From Tubiluchus corallicola (lineage: Eukaryota > Animalia > Priapulida): a DNA stretch of 64,000 bases. The notes under the pieces were generated by a model, which saw only the letters and a program-made list of their open reading frames with translations, did no database searches and was not told the DNA's origin. Position 1 is the stretch's first letter. Each line of letters begins with the position of its first letter. Positions 46,753-59,512 of the stretch are shown piece by piece. The stretch is from the NCBI GenBank assembly GCA_030141605.1, contig JAQGDQ010000257.1:124001-188000 (forward strand), written 5' to 3'. Both the position numbers and the translations under genes were made by a program.

Positions 46753-47483
46753 AGAGAGAGAATGAGAGAGAGAGAGAGCGAGCGAGAAAGAAGGAGAAAG
46801 AGAGAGAGGGAAAAAGAGTAACGAGACAGGAAGAGTGATGGATATAACCAGCAAAATGAATGATACTGCAGAAACAAACACTGAGGTAGACATTCAAATA
46901 GAACAATTGATAAGATAGAAACAGAAATATGAAAACAAGAACAGATGTACACGGCTACAGTGAAACAAGAACTGGTCCGTTATTATTTCTTCTGATATCT
47001 TTGCGTAATGCGTGATGCGTATTCAGAAGATTGCCATCGCGTTCGAGTGAATGCGTATCATGAATCACGCATTACGGACTACGCATTGCGTACTGTACAC
47101 ATGGAAACACTTCCACGTGTTTAAATATAAACTGTTGTATGCGCATCACGCGTATCACGGATTATCGATCATGCATCACGCATTACACGCGCATGGAGTC
47201 GTACTTTTATTTGTGCTTTTTGCATTGCATCTTTTGTGTGATTATTGTCCTTTTGCGTCTTGTATATTTTAGCGATTTTCAGTAAAAAAAGTTTATTTTA
47301 CAAAATACAGTGATTGATCGTTTATGCATTTTCTTTTTCACCTGAAGTTAAGCCAACAGTGATGAATTAAAAAGTCGTGCTCTATGTTGTTCATTATTGT
47401 GAAAATTTTTGTACTAACTTAGATACAAAAAGAAGTTTCACAGACGTAAAGTAAGGAAGAGTTGGATAATGACGAAAATATAG

Positions 47484-47532
<49 letters not shown>

Positions 47533-47600
47533 TTATATTCATATTCATATTCATATCAATATTCGTATTCGTATTCGCATTCATATTCATATTCATATTC

Positions 47601-47641
<41 letters not shown>

Positions 47642-48338
47642 GATACCTGATTATACCCATACCTAGAATTTTAAAAAATTTATTATACGAACGTTTCAGT
47701 CACTTTCATGACTATCTTGGACGGTTTTTCTAAAATTTAAAATAACATCTTAAGCCTAATTTGAGAAAAAGCGCTAAAGACAAGAAATGCAAGTGATTGA
47801 AACATTTGGATAATATTTTTTTATGAAATGATGCCTGCGTTCATCAATAACTTTTATTTGTCTTAAAAAACCTTAATGGCTGACCATTTTGTCGACGAAA
47901 AGCGTCAAAATCGACTGGACCGGAAAGTGGGGTTTTCCTTCTCGAACGAATTGCTTCTCTCAGTGCTGCACGAAGATCAGATGGATTCAAACTGCTCAAG
48001 TCCTTCCTGGAGAAACCAGAGAAATCTGTTCTTCCCTTCTTTATATCCGTCAAAAGACCGTCAGCACTGAAACGACCTGAAGGCAAAACTGGAAGTTATA
48101 GTGACTGCCACATTTATTTTAGCACTTTCGCGCCATTTTGCAATCAAGCTGCTTTTGGAGTTTTTACAAAATTCAGAGCTACTGTGACGGATAATTGTTA
48201 TAAAATAAATCATTTTGAAACCTGAAACCCGATTTTTCAAAATGATTATGAGGATCAGTTATCTGACGGACTAATCGGGCAGACAGCAGACGCCCAAATG
48301 ATCAAATTCAACGTATTAAGTTAATACAACTGTGTGTT

Positions 48339-48417
<79 letters not shown>

Positions 48418-48472
48418 TAATGACAACAGCAACAACAACAACAGCAGTAACAACAACAACAACAACAACAAC

Positions 48473-48519
<47 letters not shown>

Positions 48520-48690
48520 TAATAATAATAATAATAACAACAACAATAATAAAATAATAATAATAAAAATAATAATAATGACAACAACAAAAACAGCAAC
48601 AACAGCAGCAGCAGCAACAACAACAACAACAACAACAGCAGTAGCAACAAGAACAACAACAACAACAACAATAGCAATAACAACAAAAAC

Positions 48691-48779
<89 letters not shown>

Positions 48780-49151
48780 TAACAACAACAACTACAATAA
48801 TAATAATATCGGGCCCAAGAGCCTGTTACTTCAGACGTGCAAAATCTTTGACTACGTGCGCTGTGAAGAGCGGTTCAGCAAAACAACAAAATATTCATAT
48901 TTACGAGACAGAGTGCCATATATACCTCCTTTTTTTCCAGCGCCCCCAAACGGTCTTCCTCGGCGTCCTCTAAAAGTCCTCTCATTCTCTCTGATTGGAT
49001 CCGCATCAGGGTCCTCATCTTTTACCTCCCCGCTTCCTCTGCCGGGTCTGCGGCGACTGCTCCTCCGAGAAGAGCGCTCATTAGGCTGAGCTAAACACAT
49101 CGAGAGTGAAAGCAGCAGCAACAGCAGAATCAGCGCCCCTTGAGGTCTCAT
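43105..49151 (-). CDS. Papain-family (C1A) cysteine protease, paralog B, ~490 aa: signal peptide, Arg-rich extension, I29 propeptide, catalytic domain
   Basis: Exons 49151-48905, 48076-47885, 46547-46405, 46069-45968, 45868-45683, 45489-45283, 44484-44313, 44226-44115, 43216-43105 (1473 nt), same intron phases as paralog A. Motifs [20 protein letters not shown] (ERFNIN-like), [47 protein letters not shown]. Confidence 0.93.
44701..44835. repeat. ~67-bp tandem duplication
   Basis: aaagtacttaaaggaagagtgcataattagttct...attatgcaag..tatatgaaac twice. Confidence 0.85.
46160..46365. repeat. Degenerate pentanucleotide (GTCCT/GTCCC)n repeat
   Basis: Direct reading. Confidence 0.9.
46719..46815. repeat. 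(GA)n microsatellite
   Basis: Direct reading. Confidence 0.95.
47487..47640. repeat. (TAA)n-(ATATTC)n-(TAA)n compound microsatellite
   Basis: Direct reading. Confidence 0.95.
48341..48808. repeat. Long compound (AAT)n/(AAC)n/(AGC)n microsatellite in intron 1 of paralog B
   Basis: Direct reading; explains poly-N/L/I/Y ORFs. Confidence 0.98.
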
Positions 49152-52065
49152 TTTAACGCCTTGGCAAAGAATTAAAATTAGCTTGATAGTTAATTGTATT
49201 CCACAGAGGTTATGTAGCTACTGTAGTTAAAGGACAAAAGAAGGGATACCTGCTGTAGGTTGCAGAAAAATCGCCTTAAAAATTATATTGATTTATAACA
49301 ATATTATGCGTATATCGTACTCGAGTTGAAAGACTTTTTTGTTTTTTCATTTTAAATCTTCCCCAAAACTGTTTCGACCGCGCCATTACATGTCGTAATA
49401 TACGAGCAACGTAAATCAGGAGAAGAAAAGGAAATGTTAAACTATGTCCCAAAAACTTTCCATGCAAATTTATATAATTTAATATTTCGCTTACCTGCTT
49501 GAAAAACATATGTAACCAAAAAATGAAAATAATTAATTATTTAAAATGCTTTCATCAATTGGTAAAATGTCGGTAATTCAGCCTCCAGCGTCAACCACTC
49601 ACTAACCAAAAACATATTTTTAATCTTATTGACAAGATATAGTAATTTGAAATTTTTCTTAGTTAGTAACGTGTGCGCCACGAATGCTCTGATTATCTTT
49701 CAAACTTCACGCAATCTTGTCTAAACTTGTTTCAAATGACTTATCGCCAATATGGCTGAGATTAACGGTCATAGTAGGAGTTTATATTTACATGTTTTAC
49801 ACAGCGTTACTGCCGACGCAAGTCCTGTATGCAAAAAGGCAGTATGTAAGTGGTATAAAATTTCAAGACGAAGCTTTATGTAAGTGGAGGGTTTTCTTGT
49901 GCTTAACACCATATCTTTGATATTGACAGTCACCCACGGTTAAAACCGGTACGACGCGTCTGAATTTTCTCAATAAAATCCGACCTAACCAACTGTGCTT
50001 TTACGTAAGGGCAAAGGATTTACCGGTCTAGGACTGTGAATCTCTACGAACCACTTCTAAACGATTTTTAAAACACTTTCGGATTTTAAAACTTTATCGT
50101 TTTAAAAAATCTTAATTGATAAAGCGTGAAATCATGAAAAAAGATATTCAAGCGCCTGTAAGGTATTTAAACGCTTTGATTATTTAAAAAACTGTCCGAA
50201 TTGAAAGGCAACTTCGCGGAATAAGTAAACATGTGGAAACAAATGAACAATTAGATGGATTGGACATCCATTCATTCGTCCGTCCGTTCATCCATTTGAT
50301 CATTAAACCGATCTTTTTTCCGTGTGTTTCTGTGTTTTTGCTTCGCCTATGTTAATTGTTTCACTTTTTCATACGTCTATCCACTCGTCTGTTCTTTGGG
50401 TGCAACATTCGTTTATCTATTCCTTTTCGTCCATCTGAACGAACGAATGCATGAACGAATGAAAGAACGAATCAATCATAACGAACAACATATAAACAAA
50501 ATAATCAAAATGAGTGAAAAAAAGGAGTGGGGAAGGTTTACTTAATCGAGAGAGCAAATGAATGAACAACTGAACGAAAAAAACAAGATATCATTAAAAA
50601 TGAGCAAATGAATGAATGAACGAATGAATGATTAAGTGAGTGAATGAATAAAGATGGCACGAATCCAATGATAACATCAACTAGTGTACGTATAAATGTT
50701 TAAAAACATTACCTTGAATGAGGAAAAAGAACTATGTGACTGGTATTTAGTTCACAATTAATATAGTATAATGTACAGATATATTATAAGAACTAAACGC
50801 TAGTGTGCTTATAGTATATAATATAGCACTAAAAGCACTAAAAGCACTAAAAACAGAATAAACACCGGCAGCGTATAGTTAACAACTTTGACAAAATAGA
50901 AATGTTTTACAACAAATACGACCTGGCATCAAAGTAATTTCTCACTTTCGATGTATTTTATGGTACCTTCTTTCCAGTTCAAGGCTGAAACTTTTAACTA
51001 TGCCACGATCTCACCTCTTCCTTTAAAAATAATAATTTCGGTCGGGAAAACAGCAACTGGCGGGCCATGATTCCGTGTTGCAAACCAGTCAACAACTTTG
51101 TCTTGTGCACAACGTAAAATTAGAAAGCGCAACCAAGCTATTAAGTTAAATGCCAATTTTGTGAATGGAGAATGGAAAGAAAATGATTCTGCGCTTGGAA
51201 GTGGATGGTTCCTGTGTACAATAAATAAAAACAACAAATATGTAAACGGTACAGTACTCCTTGTGTTTTGCCTAAGCCTTACCTAAAGGAAAGCGCTACT
51301 CACTCCCTATTCCCTGCTCACTCGCAGTAATATCCAGATACTTGTGAAGCACTGTTTCCTAATTCTAACAATGCTATAGCATCTCCTGTCATTTCTTTTA
51401 TTGTACAAAGTAGGCACTTTAATCAATAAAATTATATTATATTCGCTCATTCTATTTTTGCAGCTTTACATTAACATCAAACACGTCTTAACCAACATGT
51501 CCCACCCTTTCGCACAGCCGCTATTCAACAAATAAGTTACGTAATTTTTCTTAATCTCGTTCTTAGCTGTAGAATAACTAACAATTTCTGCAATCGTGTG
51601 CCTATAGAACTTATAAATGACGTTTCTACTCTCTGAAAGGCTTTTATATAGGCTGTACCTGTTAGCCAACCAGGGTTTGACTAATTGCTCATTGTACTTA
51701 GTATAATGTACTTTTGATTTTAATGTTCTTTTTTGTCAAGTAAAAATATACTAAGAGAAGCACAAAACTACAAAAAATGATAGTAGTCTCATGTATTTAA
51801 GGACGATCCTGCTAATTGACGTCAAGGAGTATTAAAAAGCGCCAAGGAAAAGTGTCAAAAACGTCAAGAACACCATGTAACGAAATTAACGTCAAGCAAA
51901 TGTTTTAAACAATGCCAAAGATGAAAAAGCATTCACCACATAATCACTACATTCACAGCAAACATAGATAATTTCTATAACCGGCTCATACTAGGTCCTT
52001 GACGGTATTAAACTCTTTGACGCCACTGGACGCCAATTTTCACTTGACATCATTGGCGCTACTCC

Positions 52066-52289
52066 TTGACAGTACTGAACGTTACTTGACGCTGCTGAAC
52101 GTTACTTGACACTACTGAACGTTACTTGACAGTACTGAACGTTACTTGACACTACTGAACGTTACTTGACACTACTGAACGTTACTTGACACTACTGAAC
52201 GTTACTTGACACTACTGAACGTTACTTGACACTACTGAACGTTACTTGACACTACTGCACGTTACTTGACGCTGCTGAACGTTACTTGA
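52066..52289. repeat. 20-bp minisatellite (ttgacactactgaacgttac), ~11 copies, within a cttgac/gtcaag-rich element
   Basis: Direct reading; inverted gtcaag motifs at ~51820-51900. Confidence 0.95.
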
Positions 52290-53339
52290 TTTTGTATAAT
52301 TATTTTTTTTGCTACAAAAACTTAGCAATTGTGGGGATTTAAATCACTGATTAGTTAGTGATACGCTTACAGTTAAATTATAATATAATTAACGTCAGAA
52401 ATAGTACAAATACAACAGAAATATACAAACCCTGCAGGAAGTGTAATCAGAACATGTGAACCAGGCATACAGGGGTTACACTTACAGGCGATGAGCAGCT
52501 TCACTTGACGTCTAGGAGCTCTTTAATGTAGTTTTACTGTTTATAAACCCAGCAAAAGTACAGGCCTAGTTATTTTTTTAACGGACGTACATGTGCAAAT
52601 ATCCAAATACTACAATTAAGTATTAAACAAACATTTAGTATTTTGTTCTCGGACTGTTACTACCAGGGCAGCTCCACCACTAAGCAAACGAAAGGTAAAA
52701 AAACTGGCGAATGGCATCATTGAACAACAAAAAGAATCTCTAATGAAGACCAGAGTTATTATTGTGATGATGACGATGAAGCTAGTGAAACAGATGCATA
52801 CTTGAAAAAAAGGTAAGAATTTCAAAAAATTTCTGATCAAAAAAGGTTAACTGCTCCTAAAACCTAGGACTTTAATGGCGCCACAAGTTCAATTTCACAC
52901 TCAATCAACACAAGCTGTAGATAAGTAATTAATAACATTTAATTAGTACATTATACTACATGTGTAATACTAACACACTCGACCCGTGATAGTTTATTAT
53001 AATATTCAGTTTTGAGGGGGTGCTGTTGACCATGGGGGGGGGGGGGAGACCGTTGAGGAGGAAGCGCTAAAACCTAGAACCGGTCCTGGATACTACTGCG
53101 TTTATTACGAGATTTCAACAGCACACTGTGAGTAATAAACACACAGCGCACGGTATAAAGTACTGCGTAAATAAACAAACTTGCGTTTTCAGTATGTCAA
53201 ATATTAACCATTCAACAGTGAAGAAAGTCGTCGTAGTTTACCATGGACAAAAGAAAACCGCCCGTTTTCAGTTCCTTCAGGCTCAAGAAACATTCCTTCC
53301 TTTAAGAAGATGTGACACCTGAGATCTATTTTGCGACGC

Positions 53340-54110
53340 AGTCTTGCAGTATATTGTATTATTCACTGGTCCAGCCAATACTGGAGTACAGTGCCATTAT
53401 TTGGTCCCCCCACACTGTCTGTGGGATTCATAAACTAGAACCTGTGCAACAAAAGGCAACACGTTATATGTACCCCCTTGACAGTAGATCCATGCCTGAC
53501 TACAATAATCGCCTACAAACTCTCAAAATTATGAGTCTCAAATGCAAGAAGGGACCTATCCTCTCGTACGGTTTCTTCCGTCAACAATTAGACATCCAAT
53601 CCACATTTTCAAGATCAAGCCGTATGCGTGGTCGAATGCTTTTAAGCAGAAATAAAACCACCTGTCTGCGTGCCTGATTTTATAACAGATTTCCACGTTT
53701 GTGGAACGAATTACCTGCAGAAGCAATTCTAATAGCATCATTATCTTCTTCTGTCATTTTACTATCCAAGAGCACGCATTTTAATCCTTTGGCCTCGTAT
53801 ATGCTTTATTTTTTGGAGTTTAATCCTATTTGTACACATTTTTTGTATTTTAAGTAATTTGTCGTAAATATTTTATGTAATTTATTACGATGTAACATTT
53901 ATTTTAGCTCTATGTGCCTACTACTGGATAGATGACAGGCAGTGATGTGTTTGAGGATTTAGTTCCTTGCTGTCATCTATGGCACACAGTGGTAGGCACA
54001 ACTTTCGTATTGATCCTAGCTATATAGTTTTACTGCTTACATTTACTTTTGTATAAAATGTACATATTTATTTTGTGCCTAATAAATAATAAAATAAATT
54101 TTAAAATGAA
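53340..54110 (+). mobile_element. CR1/L2-like LINE 3' fragment
   Basis: ORF 53312..53677 LYYSLVQPILEYSAIIWSPH...KLEPVQQKATR..DYNNRL, downstream LWNELP remnant and A-rich tail near 54080. Confidence 0.85.
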
Positions 54111-56340
54111 ATAAATGCCAAGCATTAAAATTGTAGTAATTAGTAGACCTAAATTAAATGAGCATAACTGACGTCAGGCATGCTGGTCTATCGCTCACGT
54201 AAAATCCGGGACATCCCCAAGCCCCAAGCACCACAGCTGCGTAGATTTTACGTAGAATCAACGCAATTTTGATGGTAGAAGCTACCATAGAAAGGCTACG
54301 CAGAATCTGTACACCAAAATGTCCTCTTGTTATACGGTAGATTCTATTTAAAAAAAAGGCAGACGGTCAAAGTAGAGAAGAAGTGACAAATGTTGAATGG
54401 ATTTTATATGACCATTTCTGTGTGTGTCACATGGCAGATTTAACGTAGAATTTCAGTGTAAGACAACTAGCTACACTGCTGGAATTTCAATTTTGTCTTG
54501 AGAATCGCTTCCGTGCAAAACCTGAGTGAAAATTCCACCGCAATTAAACCCAGCTTAGGACTATAATAATTACAGATTAATAAAAGAAATAAATTCGGGC
54601 TTCGGAGATCAGATATAACACAACGCTCCTGTCTCTAGTAACTTCCATTCAAAACTAAATGTCGTCGAGTGGCGCTGTTGTCCAGGCTGTGAAACATATG
54701 ATGTTTTAAAAATTAAAAAGTTGAGTTCGGAGATCGGATCTACCTGTCGCTCCCGCCTCGCAAACGGGCGCATGCACAGTTACAGCTGGGTTCATCACAG
54801 TGTAGATCATAGCTTACCCTCTATTATCTGTTCTGTGGTTCTCCAGTTCACAGCTGGCTGCACGATGCACCTTGTGACTTACAACAGTGAAGGGCTGATC
54901 GTTGAAAGGATAAGCCTTTGCTGAAGCAACATTTGCTTGACTGAAGAAGCAAGGATCTACTCCAACTCTCCCCAATAAACTTAGTCTCACCAAAATGTAT
55001 ATAATGAGCAATCAACTTCTATAAAACATCTTGTTGCGTGTTAGTCGCAAACCGTAAGTTATTTGCCGCTTTGTTATCAAGGCTGCGAATTTTAACATCA
55101 ATTGGCCAAAATTCGCACTAAACATCTGTTTAAAATTATGAGCAATAAGTAGAAGCACAATTTAATTGTTTCGTCTAGCAAAATTTAAAAGACAATCTTG
55201 GAAATGTGTGTCTATGTGTGCCTAGCTGGATTTTCAGATGATTGTAAAAATTGAAAAATGGCAAAAACAAAAGTAAGATGAGAGTTTAAAAGTCACGTTT
55301 TTTAATTATTTTTTATTTCCTGAAGATGACTGTTAGAGCGCATTAAAAACGTTAATTTTCATAATAAAAATGTGTTAAAATTTATTATAGTGAGTTGTTT
55401 ATGAAACGGATATTGTTCTTGTTATAAAGAATTTAAAAACTGTCGGAAAATCCGCTTTAAACCGAGCCTGGCTTCTTTGGTGGCCTTACAATATTATTTT
55501 AGATCATATGCTTCGTTCATGCATGTGTAACCATGTGTTTAGTTAACCTTGCCTATAAAAAGGAAGTGTCACCGCTGATCGGTGACCACCTATCGGCAGG
55601 TACCACAAAGGGTGGTCCCCTTTTCCTTGTTTTTTTATAAAGGCCTGTATGTGAGATTATTCATTTAAAGTGCTGTGAATTATGTGATTATTTTTGTTAT
55701 GATTTGTAACTTAATTTGAAATGTAAAGTGTAACAGTTAAATTTGAATTTTGTTAATAGTGTATTATTAGTGTGGCCACAATTTATACAAATCGTTATAT
55801 TTCTCTAATGACTATTTTTGACTGGATTGTTTTCATAGCACAATTAATGCAAAAAATCAGAGGTAACTGCAAATCAACCAATACCCACTAAGGTTTAAGC
55901 GTAATGCAATTTTTCTGAGTTCAGTAAATTAGACATAAATTAGTGTTAACAGTGCACGATCAGGACAGGCTCTCTCACTCTTTTTAAAGCTATTTGGCAT
56001 CAAATTCAATTTTTTCGATAAAAACTTTATCATATCACTTTTCTAAAATTTTTCGGAAGCAGAAACTGTGGGACCTTGCTAACCTCAGAAGAATTTACAC
56101 AGACACTCGCATTGCGTGTGCAGAATCAAGCCTTATCTTTGTCATACGAGCATTCTTCTTTCAAATTGTTGCTTTTTCGGGTAACTGCGACGCACGTCTC
56201 GGACTATAATCAAATTGAAGATTATTTACTACCCTCTGGTTAGCTGTAACGTTCTGAAAGTTTTCAGTGCATAGTTTTTGCACACTTTTTTTCGTATTAT
56301 AGTATAACTATAGTGTTATTGTACGGTCTCTTTTTGGACT

Positions 56341-56905
56341 GTGTGAAGCTATGAAGCCTCACATTATCGTATGTTTTCATAATTATCGCATAAGCGGCAA
56401 CACTGCGCCCCGGAATACACAGTTGCAGTTCATGACCCCAAATAACGGCGACGCGCAACTATAGGATGTGTGCGGAAAATCACACACGCTGATTGGACAG
56501 GCGGCAGAGCATTATTGACGCTAATTGCATTGCAATAGAAATGTCTTAAAGCAATTTTGGTATAAATCAAAGCCAATAACAGGAGATATGTGTTAACATT
56601 CTCTTCTAACGTAACTCTTCTCATTTTCTCAGGCAGGTGAAGTGTAGTTAACAGAGAAATATAAACTTTTCTGGTTGAGAAGTCCATATATAAGAAGCCC
56701 GGGGAGAAACGGTGTCCATCAGTTTCCTGGATAAAAATTCTAAATTAAGACACCCACCCAGTCCTAAATTTCACCAAATCTTAACCAGTCGTGGCAATAG
56801 TAAGTATGCTTCCAATTATGCCAATACATATATGTCAGTCTGAAGAAAGAGAAAGAGCAGAAAAATGAAAAGGAGGAGAGGCTCAATGGCTTCACGGCTT
56901 CACAC
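56341..56905. mobile_element. MITE with 18-bp TIRs
   Basis: gtgtgaagctatgaagcc / ggcttcacggcttcacac (16 of 18 match). Confidence 0.7.
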
Positions 56906-59512
56906 CATTGATACAATTTCTCTAATAAGCTGCAATACCTGCAGTACTATAACTACGCTCTCATTGAAAACAATATTCACATTTGTATTTTTGGTTTGCT
57001 ATAACAGAAAAACAAACTATTTGGCCATTGTGAAAGTGAAACAGGTTTGAACAAATGAGCTAAATTCTCAATAACCACGATCTCGATGAAACAATTTACC
57101 TTAATGTATAGACAATTACGTACTTAATTATTATACAAATTCAATTTAAAGTGATATTATTTCAAAAGTCATTATCGTTTTTATTATTAACACCTTGTGA
57201 AAAAAAATCACAGAGACAGACACAACTACATTACCAGTGGAAATGTAAAATAACCACCAAATATTTAAGAAGTGGGGTATAGACACACAAGTATTATAAT
57301 TTACATTCAATAATTAATGCAACTTCTTTTATACACAACAAAATAATTAAAATACACCAGCTCTATGTCTAATAAAAATTTAAAGTAGCTCAAAATTCAT
57401 TTTTTTCGAGACAATGTAACAGTTTGCAATATTTGGAAATCTACTAATAGCACTATGGAATATTTAAGTACAAATTACTCATACAAGAGATTCAAAATTT
57501 GATCATGACTAAGCAGCTTTTTTATGTGCAATAAAATTATGTTTGCATTCATTAGCAAATATGTAAGCAGGCTGAAAGCAGTAGCACAAACTGCAGCAAG
57601 TCATCACTGACAGCAATACTTAGTTTTCAGTGGCAAAACCTTATTACAAAGTGCAGTACAAATCAGACTTTAAATTTTATTGTATTTAAATTTAATTTAA
57701 ATTTATCAGAAAAGCAGACTAAATTATTTTAAAACTGTCATCAACACAGACAAAATTTTAAAGTGTTTACATGGTACAATAGGCAAAGGCGGTTTCTGTA
57801 AACAAAACATACGACTGTAATAAGTAATGATATCACATAGAAAGTCTCAAGCTGAGAATTCACTTAAGTTCAATTTAACGAGATTTACTTAACTTTAATT
57901 ATGAAAGTCAAGTACACACCTTCATTTTCCCTTTAATTACTTATCACGTGGAAGAATGCATTAAAAAAAACTGCAGTTTCCCAATCTTTCTACTTCATAT
58001 ACAACTGGACAAAGTTACCACCAGTAACACAGTTTTGCAACAATGTGTTTTGCGACAGGGCAAACATGAAAACAACAGAACAACATGCGTCATATCATAG
58101 TCAACAATGAAGATCACAGCAGAGCAAATTGCAAAGCACCAATTACAATAAAATGCACTTAAGCAAGCAACAAATCTTAGGCAACCGCATATAACACCTA
58201 GTGTTCCAGCTTTTGTTAAAGTAATATGTAGCTGGCACAGTAGCCAATCTAACATGAACCATGGTATTTCAACAGACAAAAATAACACAATAATAATTAT
58301 TGAAATTCTATTTTACATGAACTATTTCACATCATTAAAAATCATATTCCCCATAGTATATAGCCACATTTAAACTGCAAAAAATACAGCATTGCCTGGG
58401 CAAATTTATCATATACAACATTTACAACGAGAGGATTTGCTATAGTGTAGTATTTGTATGCAACGTCTTTCTTACAAGTATATTACATATATATAGAATT
58501 GTAATAAGTTATAATATATTGTTTTAACTTTCTATACTGCCAAAATATCGAAATTTTGCAATGTCATGAATGCAGAGCAGTAGGTGCCACCTTTTGCTTT
58601 AAAGAAATAAGTATTTTAAAGATCTACATTTATTTTTAAGACTTAAATTCTGTATACACTGTAATTCATGGTAGTTGTGTAAAGTGTGTATACACAGCTA
58701 TAGTCTGAACAAGTGGGGGTGAATACTATCAAGTACTTATGAACGAAATTATCCTTGTTTACCTTTGTTTGAAGCTTGATTAGTTAATGACGCTACAAAA
58801 AAACACAACCAGGATTAAATGTATCACTGCAAATGAAATGAAGTCACATTTTCCATATCGAGCTGACAAAAAAAGAAATGTAAAAAGAATTATACGTAAC
58901 TAAGAAAGACAGGCAAACTGAAACCAGAGTCAAGCTGAGAACATTAATGCATTTATCTTAATTAAAATAGGCACATTTTTGAGTATTTACTCTCTAACTC
59001 ATAAGTGGAAGCACCATGAAACCACTAGTGAAGCCATTGCCATATTGTAAGAAAAACCCAAAGCAATCAGCACATAACAAAAGGCAGTGAATTAAGGAAG
59101 CCAGTTCATAAGCTAAGGCAATACAACTCAATGCATTTAAGCAAGCAATCCAGCCCTCAAGTCACATCTATCACCTCACTGGCCATGCTCTGGCAACAGT
59201 TCTCTTTTCGCCAAAACAAACGAAATGATAACTACTGCTGGTCAATTCCGTTACCAGGGTAACACAAGTAACACTAACATGTTTAGAAGGTAGAAAGTGA
59301 CAGAGTGACTTCTTGCCACTATTACTGAAAAGCTGTATGTATTATTTGCCACAGGTTTTGCGACACAAGTCTTAGTCTTAGTAATCATGAGTTTTCTTTG
59401 TCTTCTATCTTTTGAAAATGTTCAACACCCTCGGCTTTTGATGCCAGTCTCGCATTCTGCCCACTAAATCAGAAAAGAGCTACTTAAACTTTTCTGAGCT
59501 TCAGTCTTCTTA

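Noticed and set aside
48316-48973. Poly-Asn/Leu/Ile/Tyr ORFs (also 40276..40506)
   Set aside because: Translations of trinucleotide microsatellites
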